DNA from: Chloroflexota bacterium
GTDB lineage: Bacteria > Chloroflexota > UBA6077 > JACCZL01
Direction: 5' to 3'
Length of the DNA stretch: 64,000 nucleotides
Assembly (NCBI GenBank): GCA_030447245.1
Contig: JAUJPG010000004.1
Location: 16,843 to 80,842 of the forward strand
Under the pieces are notes generated by a model. That model did not search any database and had not been told where the DNA came from. It saw only the letters and a program-made list of their open reading frames with translations. Made by a program: the position numbers and the translations under genes. Every line of letters begins with the position of its first letter. The first letter of the stretch is position 1. Shown piece by piece: positions 42,206-50,291 of the stretch.

Positions 42206-44542
42206 ATGGGCTCGAACCGACGACGGGACAATCTCCCCGACTTCCAATCGGCCTTCGTTGGTCGCGGGCGGCACCTTGTCGAGGTCGCGCGGCTGCTTCG
42301 GACCGAGCGGCTGGTGACCTTGACCGGGCCGCCCGGTGTGGGCAAGACACGGCTGGCGCTCCGCGTCGCGAGCACGATGAGAAGCCGGTACGCCGACGGC
42401 GTCTGGCTCGTCGAGCTGGCGGCGATCGCCGAACCGGCAATGGTGGCGCACCGAGTAGCGAGGACGCTCGCCGTACTTCCCCGGCCAGGTCGGGCCCTAC
42501 TCGACGAGCTGGCGGCGCTGCTCCAGGATCGGCGCGCTTTGCTGGTGCTCGACAACTGCGAGCATGTCCTGGACGCCTGCGCGAGACTTGCCGATCGCCT
42601 GCTGCGTGCCTGCCCTGAGCTGGCGATCCTGACGACGAGCCGCCAGTCGCTCGGGCTCGCCGGTGAGTGGGCGTGGCTGGTGCCGCCACTGTCGGCGCCA
42701 CCAGTTGGCGGGCTCGGCAACGGCGCGCCGCTGGGCGAGCGCGACGCGATCGAGCGGTATGAGGCCTTCGAGCTCTTCGTAGAGCGCGCCCGGAGAGCCT
42801 CCCCGAGCTTCGCGCTGGACCAAGGCACCGCCGCGGCGGCGGCCCAGATCTGCTGCCGCCTGGATGGACTGCCGCTCGCCATCGAGCTGGCGGCGGCTCG
42901 CACGAGCAACCTGAAGGTCGAGGAGATCGCGGCCCTGCTCGACGACCGCTTCACTCTGCTGACGGCCAGTCCGGACGCAACGCCGACCGGCCAACGGTCG
43001 CTTCGAGCGACCCTGGACTGGAGCCACGATCTGCTGTCAGAGGCGGAGCAGGTCCTGTTCCGACGGCTGGCCGTGTTCGTCGGCGGCTGGACGCTGGAGG
43101 CGGCCGAAGCGGTGTGCGCGATCGACGGCGGATTACCCTCGATCGTCGATCTGATTTCGGGCCTGGTGGACCAGTCGCTGGTGGTGGCAGATGAGCGGGG
43201 TGGCGAATTCCGGTATCGGCTACTGGAGACGCTTCGCGAGTACGGACTGGAGCGGCTGCGCGCGGCGGGCGAAGAGGAGGGCCTGCGCGACGCGCACCTC
43301 GACTGGCTGCTGCGCTTCACCGAGGATGCCGAGCCCGCGCTGCGTGGGGCACAGCAGGCCGACTGGCTGGACCGGCTCGAAGTCGAGCACGACAACCTGC
43401 GGGCGGGACTCGGCTGGTGTCTCGGGCGCGGCTCGGCAGAGTCGGGACTGCGCCTGTGCTGGGCGGTCTGGCGCTTCTGGCTGACCCGCAACCATCCCGC
43501 CGAGGGGCTGGCGTGTCTGGCGCGGGTGCTCGGCCTGGAACGGGCAAAGGCGGAGCCCGCGTTGCACTTCGCTGGACTGTTTGCCGCCGGCCGGCTTGCC
43601 TACGTGGCAGGCGATCCAGAGACCGCGCGTCGGTCGCTCGAGGAGGCGCTCGCGATCGCAAGGGAGCTGGACCACCGAGAGGATATCGCCGGCGCCCTGA
43701 CTCAGCTCGGGCATCTCGCACGCGAGCGGGGCGATTACGCCACCGCGCGACGGCTGTACGAGGAGAGCCTCTGCCTTCGGCAGGAGGCCGGTGATCGGCG
43801 ACTGATCGCGATCTCGCTCGGCAGCCTCGGGCGGGCGGCCTACGGCCAGGGCAACCTGGCCGAGGCGCGGCAGCTAGCCGAAGGGAGCATCCACCTGAGT
43901 CGCACGGCTGGCGACCCGCGCGACCTTGGGACGTTGCTCGTGTTCCTCGGCGACGTTGCCAGTGAGCAAGGCGACCGCGACGCGGCGCGGGCATACTACG
44001 CCGAGGCGTCGGCCATCATCGAGCAGCTCCGAGATCGCCAGCTCCTGGCACAGCTCCTCGAAGGTTTCGCGGCGCTCGCGGCCGACGAGGATCGAGGACA
44101 GCGGGCACTGCGCCTGGCCGGCGCGGCGGCCGGCCTGCGCGAGTCGATCGGTGTCTTGCTCCAGCGTACCGAGCGTCATCGGCTGGAGCGCCGGATCGAT
44201 CCACTCCGCCGAACACTCGGGACGGACCGCTTCATGGCCCTCTGGGCCGAGGGCCGGGCCATGCCGATCGCGGACGCCATCGGCTACGCACTCGACGTGG
44301 ATCAGGTGCCCGATGCCGCGGCGGCCGTCCGGGCCGCCGCGGCCGAGCTGGGCCTGACGCCAAGCGAGCAGCGGATCACGCTGTTGCTCGGGCAAGGATT
44401 CAGCAACCGTCACATCGCCGCGACGCTGGAGGTCTCCGAGCGGACGGTTGAGTGGCACGTGGGCAATCTCCTGGACAAGCTGGGGCTAGCGTCGCGGGTC
44501 CAGGTGGCCGTGTGGGTCGTCGAGCACGGATTGGCGGGCTGA
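42206..44542 (+). CDS. STAND-type ATPase / LuxR-family transcriptional regulator
   Basis: Walker A LTGPPGVGKTRLAL, long TPR-like helical middle region, C-terminal LuxR HTH (LTPSEQRITLLLGQGFSNRHIAATLEVSERTVEWHVGNLLDKLG). Confidence 0.75.
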   Translation: MGSNRRRDNLPDFQSAFVGRGRHLVEVARLLRTERLVTLTGPPGVGKTRLALRVASTMRSRYADGVWLVELAAIAEPAMVAHRVARTLAVLPRPGRALLDELAALLQDRRALLVLDNCEHVLDACARLADRLLRACPELAILTTSRQSLGLAGEWAWLVPPLSAPPVGGLGNGAPLGERDAIERYEAFELFVERARRASPSFALDQGTAAAAAQICCRLDGLPLAIELAAARTSNLKVEEIAALLDDRFTLLTASPDATPTGQRSLRATLDWSHDLLSEAEQVLFRRLAVFVGGWTLEAAEAVCAIDGGLPSIVDLISGLVDQSLVVADERGGEFRYRLLETLREYGLERLRAAGEEEGLRDAHLDWLLRFTEDAEPALRGAQQADWLDRLEVEHDNLRAGLGWCLGRGSAESGLRLCWAVWRFWLTRNHPAEGLACLARVLGLERAKAEPALHFAGLFAAGRLAYVAGDPETARRSLEEALAIARELDHREDIAGALTQLGHLARERGDYATARRLYEESLCLRQEAGDRRLIAISLGSLGRAAYGQGNLAEARQLAEGSIHLSRTAGDPRDLGTLLVFLGDVASEQGDRDAARAYYAEASAIIEQLRDRQLLAQLLEGFAALAADEDRGQRALRLAGAAAGLRESIGVLLQRTERHRLERRIDPLRRTLGTDRFMALWAEGRAMPIADAIGYALDVDQVPDAAAAVRAAAAELGLTPSEQRITLLLGQGFSNRHIAATLEVSERTVEWHVGNLLDKLGLASRVQVAVWVVEHGLAG

Positions 44543-44798
44543 ACGCCAGCAAACGCGACTCGACGGCTCCAATGCGCCGACTATAGACGGACCGCCGTTC
44601 GGCGACGCACCGTGCGAGAGTCCGTACCCCTACCGGCGGCCGGCGTACCTCGGGTCGTGGCGTGGCGACGCGCCCCCGCGCGCAGTGTGCCCTCCGAGGA
44701 CAGCACCCTCCAGCTGTGCTCGACCGACGCCCGGCACAGAGGACGACGCCAGATTCGAGCCTCCGATTGCCGACCGAAGGTTGCACGCCGCGTAGCGA

Positions 44799-44843
44799 AC
44801 AGTACGGAGAACCCCGTACTTAAACCCCGTACTAGTACGGGGG
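44799..44843 (+). repeat. GTAC-containing motif, copy 3, ending in perfect 18-bp palindrome CCCCGTACTAGTACGGGG
   Basis: acagtacggagaaccccgtacttaaaccccgtactagtacgggg, about 90 bp upstream of 44934. Confidence 0.7.
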
Positions 44844-44933
44844 CGTCAATGGCAGCACAGGCCGTAGAGTGGTGTCAGGACGGTGTGCCATCAAGTCGGA
44901 GCGGAAGCTCCCGCGCAATGAGGAGGATTTCTC

Positions 44934-45977
44934 GTGAAGCCTACAGGACTCGCTCGAATCGCCCTGACGGCAACGGTCGCGCTCGGCGCCATCTGGAGTG
45001 CGGGCGGCGACGGCGGGCCGAGCACATCGTTCGCCTCGCTCGAGGCGGCGTCGCACCCCGAGGCGGCGCGGCAGGTTGCGACGCCGACGGTACCCGGCCT
45101 ACCTGAGAGCGCTCCGCTGCGCGTCGTCGACACGTTCGACGCCGTCGACAAGGGCGGGCGGGTCGCGCCCGGGCCCCAGGCCATCCCGCCCAACAGGGGT
45201 GACGAGCTCGTCGTGCCGGTCGAGCCCGACGACAACACGGGGTTCACCGACCGGATCAAGCATGACCCGAGCGACCGCATCGAGGACCTGGTCACGACCA
45301 CCGGCCTGTCGGTCATCCCCGAGGCGCTCCGGCCGGGCACGCACCCCTTCCCTGACGAGCCGCCCTTCACGCCGGTCGGGCCGATGGCGAACCCGCACGT
45401 GTGGGGGATGCGCTGGGTAAGCGAGGAACTCGAGGACCGCAGGGGCTATAACGACCCATGCAGGGAAAGCAACTCGACCGACCCGGTGCGCCCGAACTCG
45501 GTCGGCTTTCGCAACGTCAACAAGGTCGACGACCTCTGCAGCCTTAACCCGTTTTACCAGCTGGCTTTCAAGTTCGACTTCAGCACGCTGCGCCAGGCCA
45601 GCTTCCTTCCGATCAGCGCCGCGCTCAAGTTCCACGAAACCGTCTATGAAGAGCGCGATTCAAACGGCAACTATGTTCCCTTCGTCGGATTCCAGAACAC
45701 TTGCTCGCTCCGGCTCGGACGGCCGAATGGGCCCTGGAACGCCCCGCACGTAGGGTACCGAGGGCTCCCGTACACCGACCCACGGGAACAGAACCGGATC
45801 GGCGAGTTCAACGACATTCTGGACTGGGTGGTCACGATGGTTCGGAATCCCGCGGAGGAGGCTAAGGGGCTGATCCTCATCGGCAAGAGCGAGGACCGGA
45901 ACCCCGACAACGCCGCCTGCATGTCCCAGATCTCGAACATCGAGCTCGTGTTCACCTACGTGATCGCGGACCGTTGA
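44934..45977 (+). CDS. secreted Cys-containing hypothetical protein, family A (intact copy)
   Basis: Signal peptide MKPTGLARIALTATVALGAIWSA; conserved LAFKFDFS, CSLRLGRP, ILDWV, GLILIGKSEDRNPDNAACMSQISNIELVFTYVIADR shared with three other copies in the window. Confidence 0.6.
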   Translation: MKPTGLARIALTATVALGAIWSAGGDGGPSTSFASLEAASHPEAARQVATPTVPGLPESAPLRVVDTFDAVDKGGRVAPGPQAIPPNRGDELVVPVEPDDNTGFTDRIKHDPSDRIEDLVTTTGLSVIPEALRPGTHPFPDEPPFTPVGPMANPHVWGMRWVSEELEDRRGYNDPCRESNSTDPVRPNSVGFRNVNKVDDLCSLNPFYQLAFKFDFSTLRQASFLPISAALKFHETVYEERDSNGNYVPFVGFQNTCSLRLGRPNGPWNAPHVGYRGLPYTDPREQNRIGEFNDILDWVVTMVRNPAEEAKGLILIGKSEDRNPDNAACMSQISNIELVFTYVIADR

Positions 45978-46014
45978 GCGCTAGCACCGTGAAGACCGTA
46001 CATCGGAGTTCGAA

Positions 46015-47376
46015 ATGCGACTGACCACGCTCACCCGGGCCGCGCTTGCGGCGACGATCGTCCTCACGCTCGGCGGGCCGGCTCGTCCGGCACGGGCGGA
46101 CGAGTTCACCGTGACGCGCACCGACGACACCACCACCTGCACCCCCGGCGACTGCTCGCTGCGCGGGGCGATCATCGCCGCCAACACCTCGGCCGGACCG
46201 GACGTGATCTTGCTGCCGGCCGGCCTCTACATCCTGACGATCGGCGGCGCGGACGGCGGCGTCCTGGCCGCCAACGACGCCCAGAAAGGGGACCTCGACA
46301 TCGTCAATGGCTCCAGCATCACCATCGTCGGGGATGGCCCCGATACGACGATCATCGACGGCAATGGCGACATGACCCTCGATCGCGTCTTCGACATCGG
46401 CGCGGGCGGCAGGCTCCAGCTCGGGGGCGCGACGATCATGAACGGCCGCGCCGGAGTCGGCTTCCAGAGCCATGCCCACGGCGCCGGCATCCACAACCAC
46501 GGCTCGCTGATCCTGCAGAACGTCGTCATCAGCGACAACCGCGTCATGCTGACCGGCTGGGGCGGGGGCGGCATCACCAACGCGGACGCGCCCCAGAAGG
46601 CCTCGGCGTCGCTGAACAACGTCACCATCAGGGACAACGAGGCTCTCGAAGACACGGGCGGTGGCGCCATCGAGAACCTGAGCTTCCTGCAGCTCGAGAA
46701 CAGCACGCTGGCCAACAATCGAGCGCGCAATGGCGGCGGGATCGAGAACAAGGGAGTCAACGCCCTGGCCGGCCTGACCAACGTGACGATCAGCGATAAC
46801 CGCGCGGTCTCCAACGGGACCCCGACCACCGGCTTCGGCGGCGGTATCTCCAACCGAGACGGCGCGACCCTCTCCATGACCCACGTGACGCTGGCCGGCA
46901 ACAGCGCGGACACCCGCGGGGGTAACCTGGCGGCGCTGGACAAGGGCAAGTCCGTGACGCCCATCAACACGATCTTCGCCGACGGCAGCCCTGCCGATTG
47001 CTTCATCGAGGCGACCGGCGGCTACGTCTCCAACGGCACCAATCTCGCGACCGACGCCAACTGCAACCTGGCCGGCGCGGGCGACCGGCCGGGCGGCCAG
47101 GTGCAGCTCGGACCGTTGGCGGACAACGGCGGCCTGACCCCGACCCGCGCGCTGCTGCCGGCATTCCCTGACCACGGCAACGAAGCGATCGACGCCTGCA
47201 ACCCGGCGTCGTCGACGGACGCCGACCAGCGCGGCGAGCCCCGTCCCAGGGACGGCGACGGCGACGGCACGGCGATCTGTGACATGGGCGCCTACGAGAT
47301 GCAGCGCGCCGAACGCGGGCATGACAACGACAACGAGAACCACGACAACGACAACCATGACAACGACAACGACTAG
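46015..47376 (+). CDS. CSLREA-domain right-handed beta-helix surface protein (choice-of-anchor-type C-terminal region) with Asp/Asn-rich tail
   Basis: Signal peptide, CSLRGAIIAAN motif, repeated N.T....N beta-helix rungs, C-terminal DNGGLTPTRALLP...AIDACNP...DGDGDGTAICDMGAYE, tail HDNDNENHDNDNHDNDND. Confidence 0.7.
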   Translation: MRLTTLTRAALAATIVLTLGGPARPARADEFTVTRTDDTTTCTPGDCSLRGAIIAANTSAGPDVILLPAGLYILTIGGADGGVLAANDAQKGDLDIVNGSSITIVGDGPDTTIIDGNGDMTLDRVFDIGAGGRLQLGGATIMNGRAGVGFQSHAHGAGIHNHGSLILQNVVISDNRVMLTGWGGGGITNADAPQKASASLNNVTIRDNEALEDTGGGAIENLSFLQLENSTLANNRARNGGGIENKGVNALAGLTNVTISDNRAVSNGTPTTGFGGGISNRDGATLSMTHVTLAGNSADTRGGNLAALDKGKSVTPINTIFADGSPADCFIEATGGYVSNGTNLATDANCNLAGAGDRPGGQVQLGPLADNGGLTPTRALLPAFPDHGNEAIDACNPASSTDADQRGEPRPRDGDGDGTAICDMGAYEMQRAERGHDNDNENHDNDNHDNDND

Positions 47377-47423
47377 AGACCTCCTGCCGAGCGTCGGCCG
47401 GGGTAAGCGGGAGGCACACGCTG

Positions 47424-48197
47424 ATGGAGACCGAACATTCGATTGTGGCGCCAGGGCATGGGCGCGACCGATCGCGGTGGCTGCGCTGGACGGCGCTGCT
47501 GGGCCTGGTGGTCGCGCTGACCAGTCTGCCGGGCGTCGGCCTGGCGGATGACGACGAGAACAAGAAGAAGGACAAGCAGACCGCGAGCCTGCGAGAGTCC
47601 AGCCAACAGCAGACGATCGGACCAATCGACGACGCCGATCGGATCAGGATCCCTGACCTGACCGAGAAGCCGGGCCTGCCGCCGGACACGGTCGCCACCC
47701 CGGTCGACAACTTTGACGATCGGGTCAGGATCCCTGACCTGACCGAGAAGTCAGGTCTGCCGCCGGACACGGTCGCCACACCGATCGACCACGACCGGGT
47801 CGAGCAGATCGGCCAGCTGGTCGGCGAGAACACCTGGACGGACCGGGCCCCGATGCCCACCTCGCGCTTCGGGCTTGGGCTGGCGGCGGCGCAAAACGGG
47901 AAGCTCTACGCCGTCGGCGGCTACAACAACGGCGGCGCGCAGGCCACGGTCGAGGAGTACGACCCGGACCTCAACACCTGGAGGGCTCGGGTCCCGCTGC
48001 CCACCCCGCGCTCCGGGCTCGGGCTGGCGGTGGCGTCCAACGGCAGGCTCTACGCCGTCGGCGGCAACAACGGCAGCGCCTTTCTGGCCACGGTCGAGGA
48101 GTACGACCCGGCCACCAACACCTGGACGGCCCGGGCCCCACTGCCCACCGCGCGCTACGCGCTCGGGCTGGCGGCGGCGCAACCCTGCAAGCTCTAG
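47424..48197 (+). CDS. Kelch-repeat protein, truncated by an in-frame stop
   Basis: Signal/TM segment, two 27-aa tandem repeats RIPDLTEK.GLPPDTVATP, then Kelch blades (GKLYAVGG...EEYDP.TNTW); TAG at 48195 replaces the Tyr of the next LYAVGG. Confidence 0.6.
   Translation: METEHSIVAPGHGRDRSRWLRWTALLGLVVALTSLPGVGLADDDENKKKDKQTASLRESSQQQTIGPIDDADRIRIPDLTEKPGLPPDTVATPVDNFDDRVRIPDLTEKSGLPPDTVATPIDHDRVEQIGQLVGENTWTDRAPMPTSRFGLGLAAAQNGKLYAVGGYNNGGAQATVEEYDPDLNTWRARVPLPTPRSGLGLAVASNGRLYAVGGNNGSAFLATVEEYDPATNTWTARAPLPTARYALGLAAAQPCKL
47640..47795. repeat. near-identical tandem repeat (2 x about 78 bp) inside the Kelch gene
   Basis: cggatcaggatccctgacctgaccgagaag... repeated with a few substitutions. 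Confidence 0.7.
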
Positions 48198-48410
48198 GCC
48201 GTCGGCGGCGACATCGGCGGCGCGCAGGCCACGGTCGAGGAGTACGACCCGGCCACCAACACCTGGACGGCCCGGGCCCCGCTGCCCACCCCCCGCTCCA
48301 GCCTCGGGCTGGCGGCGGCGCCCAACGGCAAGCTGTACGCCGTCGGCCATCGGCGGCGCGCAGGCCACCATCGAGTACGACCCGAACGCCGACACCCTGG
48401 ACCGCTGAAC
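48198..48410 (+). pseudogene. degenerate continuation of the Kelch repeats after the premature stop
   Basis: AVGGDIGGAQATVEEYDPATNTWTARAPLPTPRSSLGLAAAPNGKLYAVG then frame loss. Confidence 0.5.
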
Positions 48411-48529
48411 GCCCGCGCCGCTCGCTGCTGTTCAATCGAGCCCGCCTCGCCCATGACCCAGACCTGGCCAAGCAGCAGGGCGCCGTCCCACCCTGGTCGT
48501 TCCCGCTGTACGCAGGATGAGCGAGCACG

Positions 48530-48875
48530 GTGCGCTCGTCAGCGATCTCGACCATGACCCAGACCCGGACCTTCCGCTCACGGGCGATGATCCGTTACCC
48601 GACCGGCAACGGGGCCGTCAGGATCAGGACTGTCGGCGACGGCGAGCTGACCCAGAATGGGTTCGGCTCGCCAGCGAAGTCGACAGGAGGGCAAGCCGCG
48701 CAACGCGGTGCCCGACTCTCGCACTCGGTGCCCGCCTTCCGCGTCAACCGGATGATCCGCTACTGATGCCAACAATGGCGTCCTGCTGCGCGGCTCCGAC
48801 GAGACGCTTTGGACCCAGGACAGCGCGTGCGTCTCCAACATCAGGCTCTCGTTCACCTACGAGATCTCCGATTAG
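48530..48875 (+). pseudogene. family-A C-terminal remnant
   Basis: Ends ...DSACVSNIRLSFTYEISD, matching the AACMSQISNIELVFTYVIAD C-terminus; upstream part degenerate with internal duplications. Confidence 0.5.
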
Positions 48876-48912
48876 CAGCCCTCGGAGACGCGTCTCGGCG
48901 CGTCCAACGGCG

Positions 48913-48947
48913 AAAACCCCGTACTAAAAGCCCGTACTAGTACGGGG
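48913..48947 (+). repeat. GTAC-containing motif, copy 4, ending in palindrome CCCGTACTAGTACGGG
   Basis: aaaaccccgtactaaaagcccgtactagtacgggg, between the family-A remnant and the CARDB-like gene. Confidence 0.7.
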
Positions 48948-49048
48948 ACGCCGGAGCGCGGTGCCGTATCGTGGTCCCAGGGCACCGCGGGTGCGCGCCG
49001 AACGGGTGCGCGGTCGCCTCGCACCGCGGTTCGGGGGAGGATCTGAGG

Positions 49049-49480
49049 ATGACGCGATCTCCGTGGCAGCGGCGGCTGCTCTCGGCGCTGCTGGCCGCCA
49101 GCGTCGTGGCAGCGGGACTGCCCGGCGAGAGCTGGGCGCAGGCCCGACCGGACCTGGAGCTAACCTACGGCGGCTTATTGCCCGACAAGCTCCGACTCGT
49201 CAAGTTCACGGTCAAGAACGTCGGCACTGCGCCCTCGTCAGCGACCAATAAGGTCGGGGTGATTACCTCCGAGCCCGAGCCGACGCCGTCGTTCCAAGGG
49301 CTCGACCTGCCGCCCCTCAAGCCGGGAGAGAGCAAGGACGTGTTCTACACCCTTGCCGCCGACTGCAACGGGCACGTCGTCCAGGCGCTGGTCAACGACC
49401 CGCTTGACCTGAACACAGCGAACAACGCTGTCGAGGACAAGCAGGGTCTGCTCGGGCGCACCGGTCGCCACGTCGCCTGA
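49049..49480 (+). CDS. small secreted CARDB-like (Ig-fold) protein
   Basis: Signal peptide MTRSPWQRRLLSALLAASVVAAGLPGESWA after a GGGGGAGGA RBS; LVKFTVKNVGTAPS...ANNAVED resembles a CARDB domain. Confidence 0.5.
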   Translation: MTRSPWQRRLLSALLAASVVAAGLPGESWAQARPDLELTYGGLLPDKLRLVKFTVKNVGTAPSSATNKVGVITSEPEPTPSFQGLDLPPLKPGESKDVFYTLAADCNGHVVQALVNDPLDLNTANNAVEDKQGLLGRTGRHVA

Positions 49481-49510
49481 AGACCCGTTTACGGTCGAAG
49501 ACTACGCCAC

Positions 49511-50203
49511 GTGCGCCACCTGCAACGTGCCGGGCGGAGTTTCGACCCGGGCCTGCACACGCTGTCCCTCCGCCGGGCGGCCTTCAAGACGCTGAGACGC
49601 CACAGGGTCGAGGGCGATTGCTACATCGGGCACGAAATCGTCGACGAGGCGCAGAACCCGCCCTTTCCACTCATGGGCGGCACCGGAATATCAGTTCTGA
49701 GAGCCCCGATCTTAACTCGTGACTGTCAGACTAATGGTGTCTGGCACGCGGCGTTCAGGTTCAACCTGTCCGAAATCCGGGGGCGGTGGGCGGCCGGGCG
49801 GTTGTCCGTGCTCACCATGGAGCTGACATTCGAAGAGACTCCGTACCTCTCGTCCCTCGACGGCATCACTGGCAAGAGGGAGTTCATGATTAACCTCTGG
49901 CGTCCGCCCACCTTCGACTTTAGTCAGCACGCGCCGACCGAGACCTGCTGGCCGCGGCTGGCCCGTCCGACGGTCGACTGGAGCCGCACGGGCATCGTGG
50001 TCCCGAACGACGTCCTCCTTGAGGCGGGACAGATCGGCACCTTCCCGCTGCTGCATCAGATCGGCGATATGCTGCGCTACCCGGAGAACGACGGGCTCGG
50101 ATTCCTGATCCTCGGCCACAACGAGGAGATGCACTTCAACGACGCGGAGTGCGTCTCGAAGATCGACAACGTCACACTCAACGTGACCTACCACGTCCAC
50201 TAA
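49511..50203 (+). CDS. family-A paralogue (divergent, no obvious signal peptide in the called frame)
   Basis: AFRFNLSEIRG, ETCWPRLARPTVDWSRTG, GFLILGHNEEMHFNDAECVSKIDNVTLNVTYHVH align with the other family-A copies; may be fused to or frameshifted from the upstream CARDB ORF. Confidence 0.55.
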   Translation: MRHLQRAGRSFDPGLHTLSLRRAAFKTLRRHRVEGDCYIGHEIVDEAQNPPFPLMGGTGISVLRAPILTRDCQTNGVWHAAFRFNLSEIRGRWAAGRLSVLTMELTFEETPYLSSLDGITGKREFMINLWRPPTFDFSQHAPTETCWPRLARPTVDWSRTGIVVPNDVLLEAGQIGTFPLLHQIGDMLRYPENDGLGFLILGHNEEMHFNDAECVSKIDNVTLNVTYHVH

Positions 50204-50291
50204 CGCTGAAGCGCGCGAGGCCAGCCGGCAGGACAATCGGCCAGGGCGCCGAGCACGACAGCGTCGCCGCGCACGCACCTGGGGCAGGGAG

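Noticed and set aside
40545-42701. 718-aa ORF on the minus strand
   Set aside because: Antisense to ddl and runs across the ddl-regulator intergenic region; Arg/Pro/Ala-rich with no recognisable motifs.
45952-47625. 557-aa ORF on the minus strand
   Set aside because: Antisense to the intact CSLREA gene; low-complexity translation.
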